NCBI GenBank assembly: GCA_047495785.1
Contig: JBLDXI010000003.1
Span: forward strand, 1,116,001-1,180,000
Length of the DNA stretch: 64,000 nucleotides
Reading direction: 5' to 3'
Source: Lepidodermella squamata
Taxonomy: Eukaryota; Animalia; Gastrotricha
Shown here: positions 48,758 to 60,388 of the stretch, in pieces
Layout: each line of letters opens with the position of its first letter
Position numbering within the stretch: position 1 is the first letter of the stretch
Made by a program: the position numbers and the translations under genes
Notes under the pieces: model-generated
Told to the model about the DNA's origin: nothing
What the model saw: the letters and a program-made list of their open reading frames with translations, nothing else
Databases searched by the model: none

Positions 48758-49489
48758 TTATTTCGATACAAATAAAATAAGATAAAATATCTAAAAAATA
48801 AACTAATTATTAGATCGATGAAAATGCTCCCTGAACATCAGACACTGAACGGGCAGAAAATCGACATCTTTTTCTGGTAGCGTCGGTCGGTTTCTACGGC
48901 AAACGACTGGGCTACAAAGTTTCAGTCGAGGCGGCGAGAATCATTTTCGCCTGAACGGTCTGCTGATCGGTCGCCTTTTCCTGCCGCGGCGATAAACGGC
49001 TGATCACATCTACATTTAATCTACTTCACGCCTACATCGATCCTAATTTTTACGTTGGCTATTATAAGATTCTAACGGCCCCACCCATCTAAGACTAAGA
49101 GTTCAAGTTCAGACACGGCCTTTGTCCTAGGCGACCTAAACGCTTGCCTTGGTTCTCCAGTCGGAAAGGTGAAAGACACGAGAACTTGGCCAATGCGATG
49201 TTGGAATGGAAGTTTCTGATTGGTATTATCATCTGGCGCGAGATCTTGAATGCGACGAATGAAACCAGCAAGTGTTTTCAGAAAGGAAATGATTCTAGAC
49301 CCTGTTAGCACGGACGAAGTGAGACTGTTTAGTTATTTTACAACTATAAAGAAATGCGTTACTTAACTTGAAAAGATAGAGTATTATGAAATTACTCATT
49401 TATTAATGACTAATTTTTGATCCTTTTTTCCTCTATATTTTTTAAATCATCTGACTCTCGATTTGGTCGCCGATAACCATCAATTAATC

Positions 49490-49920
49490 GAATCAATCAA
49501 TCAATCAATCAAATCAGAACCCTAAAGCCAACTCGCAAACTGGGAGAGTATTTCTTTCCGCTTAGATCTCCCTGCCAGGTGCCGTTTCGTAACTGATCTC
49601 CGGCATCGCGGCTTTAGGCTGCTGTTGCAGTCCAAAGCGGAGGTTCGAAGAGGATCATATTATATCTAAATCCATAGCCGAGCTATTTAAATAAATGAAC
49701 AATCGGTTCAACTCGCGTGCCGCCCATAAAATCGAATAAAGGGACATTTTCCGATAATTCGAAAAAAGCGGAAATATTGAATAACACGTTTTCTCTATCA
49801 TACAACTCTAAACCGTATATTTCAGAACAGCAACTTTCTAAAATTAATGACTGTCTTCAATTTGGCGCTAATATAGCCAACAGTGCGCTCCCGTTTAACG
49901 AGTCACAAATTCTACCTGCT
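49490..49920. mobile_element. LINE remnants: (TTGA)n tail on the minus strand and a CR1-like ORF2 linker fragment on the plus strand
   Basis: (TCAA)n tract at 49493-49512; PPIKSNKGTFSDNSKKAEILNNTFS. Confidence 0.5.
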
Positions 49921-51166
49921 GCACATTTTTATTCATGAATATCAGGGACGCCGAAGTACCTGGTAGGTTAGTTAGCATTTTCTATCGATCGATAAAAACT
50001 CGGTGAATTGGCAAGTCGACTGACTGATTTTACGTTTTTCGCAACGTTTTTTTCGTTTTTTTTTCGTTTTTTTTTGTGTCTCATGGATGACATTTCGATT
50101 CTCCTCTCTGCTCAATGTTTGGGGTGAGATTAAGACGGCAACCCGGGTCATAACAAATTATCAGAACAAAGATGGAGTCAGTCTAGCTGCTTTTTCGAAG
50201 CAAAGAAGAGCTTCAAAGGAGTGCGCATACATTTCTGGTTCACGACAACACTACACGGCTAATCTTCTGATGAAATTAGGCCAATTTTCTGCTTCTACCT
50301 TCGCCCACTATCTCTCAAATGCGCGACTGTTACCCACTGATGAGAAAACAGCCGATTTTCTTTAGTAAAATTGAGGAAAAATCAAGTCTCACTGATTCAT
50401 TTCGAGCAAGATGTCATCCAACTGGTTGTGGTTGCGCCGGAAAGTAGCACAACTATCTGATTAACCCTTTCCATTGTAAGAGTTAGCAAACCGCATGCTC
50501 ATCAGATAGTTGAGAAGTAATACTTATTAAAAACCTATATAGAGTAGAAAACAATTGACAACTTGTTTCAGCCAAGTAAATCATCAAAATGTTGTTAACC
50601 GACCAGCGAGAAATATAGCTATTTCTACCGGTTAAAACGGAATACATGTTAAAAGGGAATGAGGAATGCTCAATTTCAAGCTCATTTTTTACATTCAATT
50701 GAAGGCGAAACGTCCAAAATGCAAATTTGCACGGATGCTGCTAAGCAATCATGCGTGAAGAGGTTCTATTAACTGCGAGCAACTACATGGCTTTCACTTT
50801 TCGCGGTGAAATATCGCAAAAAATGGAATATGTTATGGTTTTCTTATAGAAATATTGAGCCCTCAATTACACTAGCAGGCAGTGCCCATCAAGATGCTTT
50901 AATTTACTAGTTAACAACGGACCTTTTGAATGGCCTTTTGATGAGCCAGGATTTTCGTAACAATTGTTAACGATTTCCTTATCTTTAACCCTTATCTCAT
51001 TCATTCATTTCGGCGAGATTTATTTCGAAACCCGTGGTCAACGAGTCACCGGTATGACACAAAAAATTAGCATTGCAAGCTCAAAAAAATCAAAATCCAG
51101 CTGAATAGAATTAAAAATTCTCAGCTGAAAAAATCACAACTTAAATTAAATGAGTTTGTAAGGTGC

Positions 51167-52273
51167 TCAAATTTCTTTCCCATCCATAAACCAAAACTTC
51201 TGGCTGGCAACAAATTTATCCATCTCATCATTCTCGTCGCGGCTTGCCCTCATGTTCTTAAACATCATGAAAACATCGTAACTGCCAGCCAAAGACGGCG
51301 AAATGAACCGTGATTTTCGTAAAATTCGGCAAAATTCCTCGTTCAGACCAGAAATTTCAGGATCAAAATAACCAATTAGCACATCAGCCTGCTGATCCAA
51401 ATCGTGGCTCATGAAAGCCAACAGAGCGTGAAAATACTCCAGAATTCGACCGGAATCGACATTTCCACCCAAAAATGGCAGCACCAGATGCGTTTTCATA
51501 CGTTTCCCATACGAAATCGGACGCTCGAAATAGCGAGGTAGAAACCAGTTCAAAATTGAATGAATAAAAACTTTCAAATGCACCAACCACGGAACTTTCG
51601 AAACTGTCCAAACCGTCGGGACATTCGCTACTACAGCGCTTAATTTAGCCTCTTTATCTGACACTGAATAAATCGTACAATTAACAGGAAACTTTTCAGC
51701 TGGAATCAAAAATTTATCGCCAAAATGTTTTCGCAAGAAAATTTCCGACTGTGGCGAATCAATTTTTGAAACGCAAATTTTTCCATTATTTTTAGGCAAA
51801 ATTTGGTTTAAATGGCCAACATTAAACGCGACGCAATTAGTCGTGAAAGCGTGTTTAAAATTCTGTCTATTTATAAATAATCGCTGCGATGGAAAATTAT
51901 CTGGGGCAGTCGCCGCGTATAAAAATTGGACTCCATTTTGCCGCAATTCAATCTCCAATTTTTCTAACAATTTCGATGCTAAATTAGCGCGGCGATGTTG
52001 CGGCAAAACTCGGACCGTATGGATGAGGGCGACTTTTTCGAAGGTTTTTACCAACGCGTATTTCATACTGCCGCAAACAGCGCCGACAACGTGGCCAGTT
52101 TCGACCTCTTCAGCTAGTATTATGATGGTTTCGGAGTATTTTTCGAATCGCGGTGGGTGGCTAGGGTAGCTGAATTGCAGGCCTGTTCCTTGGGCGCAAT
52201 CGCGTTCCAAACGGCCTAGGGCTTCTAGATCTGCCGCATTTTTGCGGAATGGCCGAATTCGATGGGCGTCCAT
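51167..52273 (-). CDS. HLS1-like GNAT, copy 9 (368 aa)
   Basis: RLERDCAQG, HTVRVLPQHRRANLA, FMDGKEI. Confidence 0.9.
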   Translation of the reverse strand: MDAHRIRPFRKNAADLEALGRLERDCAQGTGLQFSYPSHPPRFEKYSETIIILAEEVETGHVVGAVCGSMKYALVKTFEKVALIHTVRVLPQHRRANLASKLLEKLEIELRQNGVQFLYAATAPDNFPSQRLFINRQNFKHAFTTNCVAFNVGHLNQILPKNNGKICVSKIDSPQSEIFLRKHFGDKFLIPAEKFPVNCTIYSVSDKEAKLSAVVANVPTVWTVSKVPWLVHLKVFIHSILNWFLPRYFERPISYGKRMKTHLVLPFLGGNVDSGRILEYFHALLAFMSHDLDQQADVLIGYFDPEISGLNEEFCRILRKSRFISPSLAGSYDVFMMFKNMRASRDENDEMDKFVASQKFWFMDGKEI

Positions 52274-53079
52274 CAATAAAAATCTGAAAACTGTTCTACG
52301 CTTTTAAAAGTGAAACAGAATTACTCAAAATCGGGTGAATCGAGGTGAAAATTGACCCTTTAAGATTCAAGCTGTATCAAAAATTGAGGACTACTAAACT
52401 TGATGAAAGACCTCAAATCGTGAGAACGCTTGCATTTTCATAAGAAAATTCAATTTTAAAGATGAAATTCCGATTTTTTGACGAATGAAAACCTATAAAA
52501 ATTTAGAAAGTGTCTTGGGAATGATTGTTGAGCTCACTTGAAAAATGAATGTACCAGCATACCCTATTGTGTGAAGCAGTTGAAAATTCAAAGAATCTTA
52601 TGAATTAAACGGCTTTTCGAAGGTTTTTTTTATCGAATTATGAATGATGAAAAGGAGGCCAAGAAAGCTTCACAGACAAACATAAAATCATCTTTAAAAC
52701 TGAATTTTCTGCGAACAAAATACAAGACGTTATTACGCTTTGAGGCCACTCATTCCGTAGTGGTCCCAAAAATTGGGAAAAGTGTTGATGAATTTGTGGC
52801 GAACAAGACCATTACTATTTTGTTGCGATTATTACATTTATCAGGTTTACACAAATTTTTACACATAGATAAGAAAACTACGGCCTTACCAATCTAAGAC
52901 TAAGAGTTGAAGTTGAGCAGTTGTTGCAACACCTGCTATCGTATCATGTTGCCGCCCTGCTTGTTTAGCGCCATTTCAAAAGAAAAGGAGTTTCGGACGG
53001 CTGGATATCGACTGACACGGCCTTTGACCTAGGCGATAGGTTCTCCAATCGGGAGTTGAAAAATTATTAAACTTGAAGG

Positions 53080-53708
53080 CACGAGAAATTGACCAATAAG
53101 AAGGTGGAATGGAATTTTCTAATTAGTATTATCATGTGGTACGAGATCTTGAATGAAACCAGCGAGTATTTGCAGAACACCAAAGCCAACTTGCAAACTG
53201 GAGGATGAAAATGCAGCAAAACTGACGAAACTTTCATGGCTTGTTGAAAATGACTTGTTTATGCTGATGTTCTCGTTAAAGAAAAGCTCTTTTCAGTAGA
53301 CCGGGTCATTCTGAACCCGTGCAATTTCGCATTCGCAAAAGACCACGCCGCCTAATCGAAGAAGATGGTTTCTTGACAGCCGAACCGACTCAATAACAAC
53401 TCTGGACCCTTTGAAACTATTCAAAGCGAACTTTTCGAAGCGGTGCTTGACATGGCTGTTTCTTGCAAGCCAGGGACTACCCCTCACTCTGGGGCTTCTT
53501 ATTCCACATCCATCAGTCGACGAAAAGAAGTGAGTCTCTTCAAGCTGGTTGTTTGGCTCTTGATAGCGCGTTGAGAAATGGTGATGACGAAGACATCAAT
53601 GGTGCTCTTTTGGTTCAAGAGATCAAAACGATTTTAGCCTTTTTCGAAACCGCGAACGAAACTGTGGATCCGATTGATGTACAGAAGGGAAGCAGCACAA
53701 CAATCTGA
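53080..53708 (+). mobile_element. Degenerate hAT transposase fragment (homologous stub at ~49170-49290)
   Basis: WYEILNETSEYLQ..., FKANFFEAVLDMA..., WGFLF...CLALDSAL...DINGALLVQEI, with frameshifts. Confidence 0.6.
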
Positions 53709-54535
53709 CTAACCTTCTCCATCGTAAAAGATAGCAAACCGCATGCTCATCAGGTAGTTGAGACGTAATACGTAATAAAAATCTATATTAAGTAGAAGAC
53801 CATTGAAACATTAATAGATCGGCGGTAATGTAAGCTTCTGCCGGTTAAAATGGGATTTTGAGAAATTAAGTATTGATAGGAAGTCGACGTTTCTACATGA
53901 GGATCCATTCCTTAAATTAGATCGAATAGTTGAATTTGATTGAAATGTTGACACTTGTCAATGAAAATAATGCGGAATGTAGAATGGATCGATTTACAGC
54001 TGAATTACAACTTTATTGAAGGTGTAATGAAAATCGACGGAATATACTTTAGTCCAACATGTAAATTTGCACGGATGCTGTTAAGCAATCATGCGTGAAA
54101 AGGTTCATCAACTACGAGCAACTACTATTATTTCCCGTTTTATCGTAATTTTCTATTTTTGACTTAATAAAAAAAAATATATCGAAAAAATGGGACATGT
54201 TAGGTTTTCTTTAGAAATTGAGCCCTCGATTACACGAGCAGGTAGCGCTCGTCATTTTCAAAGCAACGAGTAAAAGGCTTCCAATTAATACTTAGCAACG
54301 GACATTTTTTAATGAATTCATTGATGAGCCGGGATTGTCGTAAGAATTTCCTTATCTTTCACCCTTATCTCATTCATTCATTTCGGCGAGATTTTCGAAG
54401 CCCGTGTTCAACGAGTCACTGGCATGACACTAAAGTTAGCAGTGCAAGCTCAAAAACATCAAGATCCAGCTGAATAAAATTAAGAATTCCAATTTGAAAA
54501 AATCACAATTTAAATTAAATGAGTTTGGAAGGTGT

Positions 54536-55642
54536 TCAAATTTCTTTCCCATCCATGAACCAAAAAGTCTGGCTGGCGACAAATTTATCCATTTCATCGT
54601 TCTCGACCCGGCTCTCCCTCAGGTTCTTAAACATCATGTAAACATCGTAGCTCCCAGCCAAGGACGGCGAAATGAAACGTGACTGTCGCAAAATCCGGCA
54701 ACATTCCTCGTTTAGACCAGAAATTTCAGGATCAAAATAACTAATTAGCACATCAGCCTGTTGATCCAAATCGTGGCTCATGAAGGCCAACAGCGCGTGA
54801 AAATACTCAAGAATTCGACCGGAATCAACATTTTCAGCCAAAAATGGTGTAACCAGACGCGCTTCCATTGGTTTGCCATACGAAATCGGACGCTCGAAAT
54901 AGCGAGGTAGAAACCAGTTCAAAATTGAATGAATAATAGCTTTCAAATGAACCCACCACGGAACTTTCAGAACGGTCCAAACTGTCGGGACATTCGCTAC
55001 CACAGCGCTTAATTTAGCTTCTTTACCAGACACCGAGTAAATCGTACAATTAACTGGATAATTTTCAGCTGGAATCAAAAATTTATCGCCAACATTTTGT
55101 CTCAGGAAAATTTCTGACTCTGGTGATTCAATTTTCGAAACGCGAATTTTCGCATCAATCTTCGGTAAAATTTGGTTCAAATGGCCAATATTAAACGCGA
55201 CGCAATAAGTCGTGAAAACGTGTTTGAAATTCTGTCTATTGATGAATAATCGTTGCGATGGAAAATTATCTGGGCCAGTGTTTGCGTATAAGAAGGCGAC
55301 TCCATTTTGCCGCAGTTCGATCTCCAATTTTTCCATCAATTTCGACGCTAAATTAGCGCGGCGATGTTGCGGCAAAACTCGGACGGTGTGGATGAGGGCA
55401 ATTTTTTCGAAGGTTTTCACCAACGCGTATTTCATACTGCCGCAAACAGCGCCAACAACGTGACCAGTTTCGACCTCTTCGGCTAGTATAATGATGGTTT
55501 CGAAGTACTTTTCGAATCGCGGTGGGTGGCTAGGGTAGCTGAATTGCAGGCCGATTCCTTGGGCGCAATCGCGTTCCAAACGGCCTAGGGCTTCTAGATC
55601 TGCCGCATTTTTGCGGAATGGCCGAATTCGATAAGCCTCCAT
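54536..55642 (-). CDS. HLS1-like GNAT, copy 10 (368 aa), recent duplicate of copy 9
   Basis: Highly similar to copy 9; flanks are homologous. Confidence 0.9.
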   Translation of the reverse strand: MEAYRIRPFRKNAADLEALGRLERDCAQGIGLQFSYPSHPPRFEKYFETIIILAEEVETGHVVGAVCGSMKYALVKTFEKIALIHTVRVLPQHRRANLASKLMEKLEIELRQNGVAFLYANTGPDNFPSQRLFINRQNFKHVFTTYCVAFNIGHLNQILPKIDAKIRVSKIESPESEIFLRQNVGDKFLIPAENYPVNCTIYSVSGKEAKLSAVVANVPTVWTVLKVPWWVHLKAIIHSILNWFLPRYFERPISYGKPMEARLVTPFLAENVDSGRILEYFHALLAFMSHDLDQQADVLISYFDPEISGLNEECCRILRQSRFISPSLAGSYDVYMMFKNLRESRVENDEMDKFVASQTFWFMDGKEI

Positions 55643-56762
55643 GAATAAAACTCTGAAAACTTATCATAAAATGAAACAAAACTACCCTAAATCGGTGAAA
55701 ATTTGAACCTTGAATATTCAAGTAGGAAAAATTGGGAATTGGGAAAGTCGAAATGTGAGAACGCATTTATACTCACAAAAAATTCAATTTAAAAGACAAT
55801 ACTTATTCAGAATTTCTAAGACGATTGCTGGGCGTCTCAAGTATCCTAGAAAAATTGAGGAAGAGAATGATGTTTGGCTCTCTTGAAAAATGAATGTCCC
55901 AACAAAGTAAAAAATCAGAGGCCCTTATAAATTGTGGCTTTTATCAAATTTTGAACAAGAAGAAGGCCAAGAAAGCTTCACTGAAAACACAATGAACAAC
56001 TACATTTACAACAGATGATTAAATAATTTTTTGTGTAAAATCTCATAAATTCAACTACTGTACTCAGTGTCTTAGGGCAACTGAATACGGTGGTGATTAT
56101 TTGAACTTTGAACATTGAATTTTTCAATAAACTACTCTTTTTTCATCAATTTTCTGCGATAAAAATGACAGCGTTATTGAGGCCACTCATTCCGTAGTGG
56201 TCCCAAAAATTGGGAAAAGTGTTGATGAATTTGTGGCGAACAAGACCAATTACTTTTGTGTTGCGATTACTATGGCGCTACCTTTATCAGGTTTACACAA
56301 CTTTCTTACACATAGATAAGAAAAATCATTAGAAGCTCTTGCGAATAGTTTATATACCGGAAAAAGTTGCCGGCAATTTTTATAATATTCAAAATCAAGC
56401 GATGCGAGATTTCAGATATCAGATTTCGATGTCAGATTTACATTACGTGAATTGTTCTAAATTTTCTCATTTTTATCAAGATTCGAAATAAATGACAAAG
56501 AATTCAAGAGTAAGGTCTGAAAGTTCCTAATACAGCCGCAAGCCGGAAGTATTTGGATCCGCTGTTTAATACAACACTTCTCTTCAACTGAATTAATAAA
56601 TCATTCTGGGAGATAAGGAAATTTTGGATCTGAGCAATTCGTGAGAAAATCAGAAAAAGCTAATCTCAAAATCAGATTTTATTCGATTTGGCGATGTTAA
56701 ACTAATAGTGATTAAAATCAATTAAAATGTTCATCAGGCACAAACAAATAAATAAAAAGTAT

Positions 56763-57887
56763 TCAAATTTCCTTGCCATCAAAATACCAAAACGGCACAT
56801 CGACCGCGTGATTTTCCATCCGCGCCGCTTCTTGTCGGTCCTGGGCCAAGCTTTTCACCATTTGAAAATGTCCAGTGATGCGGAACAAGGTTTTTGAAAT
56901 CAAGCTAGAATTCCGAACAATATCCGCGAAATCTGACCCGAGTCCTGTGATTTTAGGCTCGCCATGAATCATCAATATATCTACTTTTCCTCTCAAATGT
57001 CGAACCATGACTTGAATTAATTCCCCGAAAAATTCTTCTAAAACGGACTTGGAATCGATTTTTTCAGCTAAAAACGGGCAAACATGGCGAAACCGCCAGT
57101 CTGAATTGTAGGGCAGTGGTTTTTCGAAATAGCGGGGAAATAGCCAGTTTAAAACGCGCAACGCCTGAGATTTCAGCCAAATCCGCCACGGAACAGCCAG
57201 TACAATCCAAACAGTAGGGACATTAGCTACAACAGCCGTCAATTTCGAACCGTTTCTAGCCACCGAATATATGGTACATTTCACCGGAAATTCCTCGGTT
57301 GGGAATAGAAATGAATCGCCCCAGTGTTTTCGAATGAATTCTTCCGAGATCGGAGCTTCAATTATTTCGCAGAAATAATTTTTCGACGATTTTTCAGGAA
57401 TTATTTGGCTTACATGGGCGACATTTACAGCGTTATAGGGCGATGTAAAAACGTGTTTATAGCCGAATTTACCCATGAAAAACCGCTTTGACGGGGCATT
57501 ATCTGAAGCTGTACCAGCATAAGCGATTGAAACACCGCGTTCCACCAACAACATTTCCAATTTTTCCAACATTTTCGACGCCAAATTAGCCCGGCGGTAT
57601 TGCGGTAGAACTCGGAGTGTGTGAATCAACGCGAATTTTTCGAATCGCTGCGGTGGTTGGAATAGCGCGGTCTTTACACTGCCGACAATGACGCCTAGAA
57701 TTTGACCGGTTTGGCGATTTTCGGCGAATAAAACGATGTTGTCGACGTATTTCTGGAAACGAGGCAGATTACTGGCGTAACACAGCCGCAGTTCACTGCC
57801 CTGGGCACAGTCACGCTCGAGTTGCGCGAAAGCTTGGAAATCGGCCGCGTTATTTCGAAACAATCGAATTACAATATCGGATTCCAT
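56763..57887 (-). CDS. HLS1-like GNAT, copy 11 (374 aa)
   Basis: QLERDCAQG, HTLRVLPQYRRANLA, YFDGKEI. Confidence 0.9.
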   Translation of the reverse strand: MESDIVIRLFRNNAADFQAFAQLERDCAQGSELRLCYASNLPRFQKYVDNIVLFAENRQTGQILGVIVGSVKTALFQPPQRFEKFALIHTLRVLPQYRRANLASKMLEKLEMLLVERGVSIAYAGTASDNAPSKRFFMGKFGYKHVFTSPYNAVNVAHVSQIIPEKSSKNYFCEIIEAPISEEFIRKHWGDSFLFPTEEFPVKCTIYSVARNGSKLTAVVANVPTVWIVLAVPWRIWLKSQALRVLNWLFPRYFEKPLPYNSDWRFRHVCPFLAEKIDSKSVLEEFFGELIQVMVRHLRGKVDILMIHGEPKITGLGSDFADIVRNSSLISKTLFRITGHFQMVKSLAQDRQEAARMENHAVDVPFWYFDGKEI

Positions 57888-58015
57888 TATGCCTCAACAA
57901 ATTCGGTAAAAAATCTATTGAAGCAATCAATTTACCAGAAAAATAATCATGATAATTGAATGAAATGAATTGAAACAAAAAATTGAGATTGAATGAAAAC
58001 GATATGAATTGCAGA

Positions 58016-59158
58016 TCATAGTTCCTTAGAGTCAATGAACCAGAACGGTTGATTTTTCGCGAAATCAACCATCGCCTCAGCCTCTTTACGGTCAGGCTTC
58101 AAGCTTTTCGCCAACATCAACATTGGGCCTTTTCTGAACAAATTTCTCGAAATGAACCTCGAATTTTCGATGATGCCAATTTCTTGCTTTGTCAAATTCG
58201 ATACAGCCGAGCCAACATGAATTTGCAAGGCATCAACCGCATCATCGACTTCACTCAGATCTCGCAAAATTTCGGCAATCAGCGAATCAAATAGCCGCAA
58301 AAATGTTGAGCTTGAAATTTCGCCTGATTTTAAAAACGGTAATACCATACGAAATCGCCACGGTTTGTCGTACGATAACGGCTTCTCGAATAAACGGGGG
58401 AAGATCCAGCTTAAAACCGATTGGAAAAACTGCGAAATTCGATATTTCAACGGAACTTGAAAATAAATCCACTCATTAGAAATTTTCGAAACAGTCGCCA
58501 TCAATTCGCAATTCTCACCACGTAATTTTGCGCTGTAGACAAAGGCCTGAACTGGGTTCAGCTTTTCATTCGGGTAGAGGAAAGTTTTTCCGAAAAACCT
58601 TTTCAAAACTATTTCCGACTCGGTTAGACTGAATTTTTTGGTAGTTACCTCCGAATCGATTTTAAATGTGAAATATCGAGAGATGTGGCGAATATTTACG
58701 CCGTAAGTTGGCGCTGTCCACATCGGGCGATAGCCGAATTTATCGATCAAAAGCCGCTGCGAAGGGACATTTTCAACGCCAGTTCCAGCGTAAATGAAGC
58801 AAACGCCTTTTTCCAGTAATTTTCTCTCGATTTCTAACAACAAATGTGAAGCGAGACCGAATCGGCGATGCGTGAAATCAACGCGTAAATTGAACACCCA
58901 CGAGACTTTTTCGAATTTCGAACCGAACAAAACCGATCGAATATTAGCCGCGATACCTCCAACGATTTTTCCGGTTGATTTTTCCTCGCAAAGTAGGACG
59001 ATAGATTCGGCGAATTTCGAATGACGAGGCGGGTCTGAGCCGAAACACATTTTCAGGCCAACGCCCTGGGCGCAATCTCGTTCCAGTCGAATAATTGCGG
59101 CTAAATCTTCTGAATTTTCAGGCCGGTAAGATCGAATTAAAAATTGGTCGAGAGACAT
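58016..59158 (-). CDS. HLS1-like GNAT, copy 12 (380 aa)
   Basis: RLERDCAQG, WVFNLRVDFTHRRFGLA, FIDSKEL. Confidence 0.9.
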   Translation of the reverse strand: MSLDQFLIRSYRPENSEDLAAIIRLERDCAQGVGLKMCFGSDPPRHSKFAESIVLLCEEKSTGKIVGGIAANIRSVLFGSKFEKVSWVFNLRVDFTHRRFGLASHLLLEIERKLLEKGVCFIYAGTGVENVPSQRLLIDKFGYRPMWTAPTYGVNIRHISRYFTFKIDSEVTTKKFSLTESEIVLKRFFGKTFLYPNEKLNPVQAFVYSAKLRGENCELMATVSKISNEWIYFQVPLKYRISQFFQSVLSWIFPRLFEKPLSYDKPWRFRMVLPFLKSGEISSSTFLRLFDSLIAEILRDLSEVDDAVDALQIHVGSAVSNLTKQEIGIIENSRFISRNLFRKGPMLMLAKSLKPDRKEAEAMVDFAKNQPFWFIDSKEL

Positions 59159-59326
59159 TATTTTTCGAGAAAAAATAGCCTAGAAATTTCAAGGTCACAA
59201 TTGATACCAACAAATGTGAGTTTATCTCAGTTTCGCATAATTAATGAGATAATTAATAGTAACGATATTACAACGTAAAATTAATATATACATTTATACA
59301 TGTGAGCAATTTTTTTCGATTTTTTT

Positions 59327-59587
59327 TCAATGAGAACCGGCACTTGCAGTGTAGGCAGATTCGCTCAGGTGCTTGACGACCAGTAAAATGGTCGAATTAT
59401 TTTGAACGTTGTATTCGGCAAGCGAGTGGCCGTCAATGAGGTCGCGGTTGTTCACGAGCAATCTCTGCTTGTCCATCGGCACTTTGACGCGGGCGAAAAT
59501 TTGATTTTTCAGCATTTCGACCTTATCAGTCGGTTGCAGGTCGAAACTCCACGATGTGCCAATCAGAGTTTTTACTAAAATCGGCAT
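59327..59587 (-). CDS. Stand-alone ubiquitin-like protein (86 aa) lacking the C-terminal diglycine
   Basis: MPILVKTLIG...LKNQI...VPMDKQRLL...LIDGHSLAEYNVQNNSTILLV follows the ubiquitin pattern. Tail is KHLSESAYTASAGSH. Confidence 0.8.
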   Translation of the reverse strand: MPILVKTLIGTSWSFDLQPTDKVEMLKNQIFARVKVPMDKQRLLVNNRDLIDGHSLAEYNVQNNSTILLVVKHLSESAYTASAGSH

Positions 59588-60388
59588 TTTTAACAATGCA
59601 ACAACAAATCAAACCTAAACAGAAAAAAATGAAAATAAAACAAAATAAAATTCCCAAAAGACCCGGGGATGCAATTGGTGATCTGAAAAGACTGGATTCA
59701 CTACCAAAGCCAAGTGTGGAGTCGAAGTGATCAGTATTTTTTATTTTTCACAACCAAATTTCGATAATATGGAACCTTCGCCGTTACGAAAATGGGTCCT
59801 TCTTACCGGCCATCAGGCTGATGATCAAGCAAGGAGCGATATTTTCCAAATTCATCGCAAGCTCTTCTCCGAGGAATCCAGTTGGTTCGAACCTTAATTT
59901 GAGATTGATTTCGATATTTACAATACCTAATTCCTTTCTGTCGGTTTGTCGACAATGATTAAGCCTTGAGTCCCAAAGGCAAACTCTTGAACTTTGGAAA
60001 TTCAGACCAAATAACCGTCCTTAAATCTAAAATGATAGCAAGTTGTCTTTGCTCGTAGTCGGCAATATAAAACAGGAGGGACTAAAAGCAAACCCATCCA
60101 GAGAATTTTTCTAATTCATTGAAAAACTCAGACCCGATTTCATCGATTCAGAAAGAAAATTCGACGGGAAGAATTTTTGATACACGGCCTTCGATTTTCA
60201 GAGAAACATCAGCATCTCGTGCCCAATAAATTGTCACCTAGCTCTAAAAATAAAAAATCAAGAATCGATAAATATAGACAAAATCAATAGTTCGCATAAT
60301 TTTATTCAGTAATCCAGAGGCTATAAAATTGATAGTTCTCGCAATTAAACAACAATCAAACAAAAAATCACAGCTTTTATTCGATAAA

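Noticed and set aside
59327-59587. Canonical ubiquitin or NEDD8
   Set aside because: Too divergent and lacks the LRGG end.
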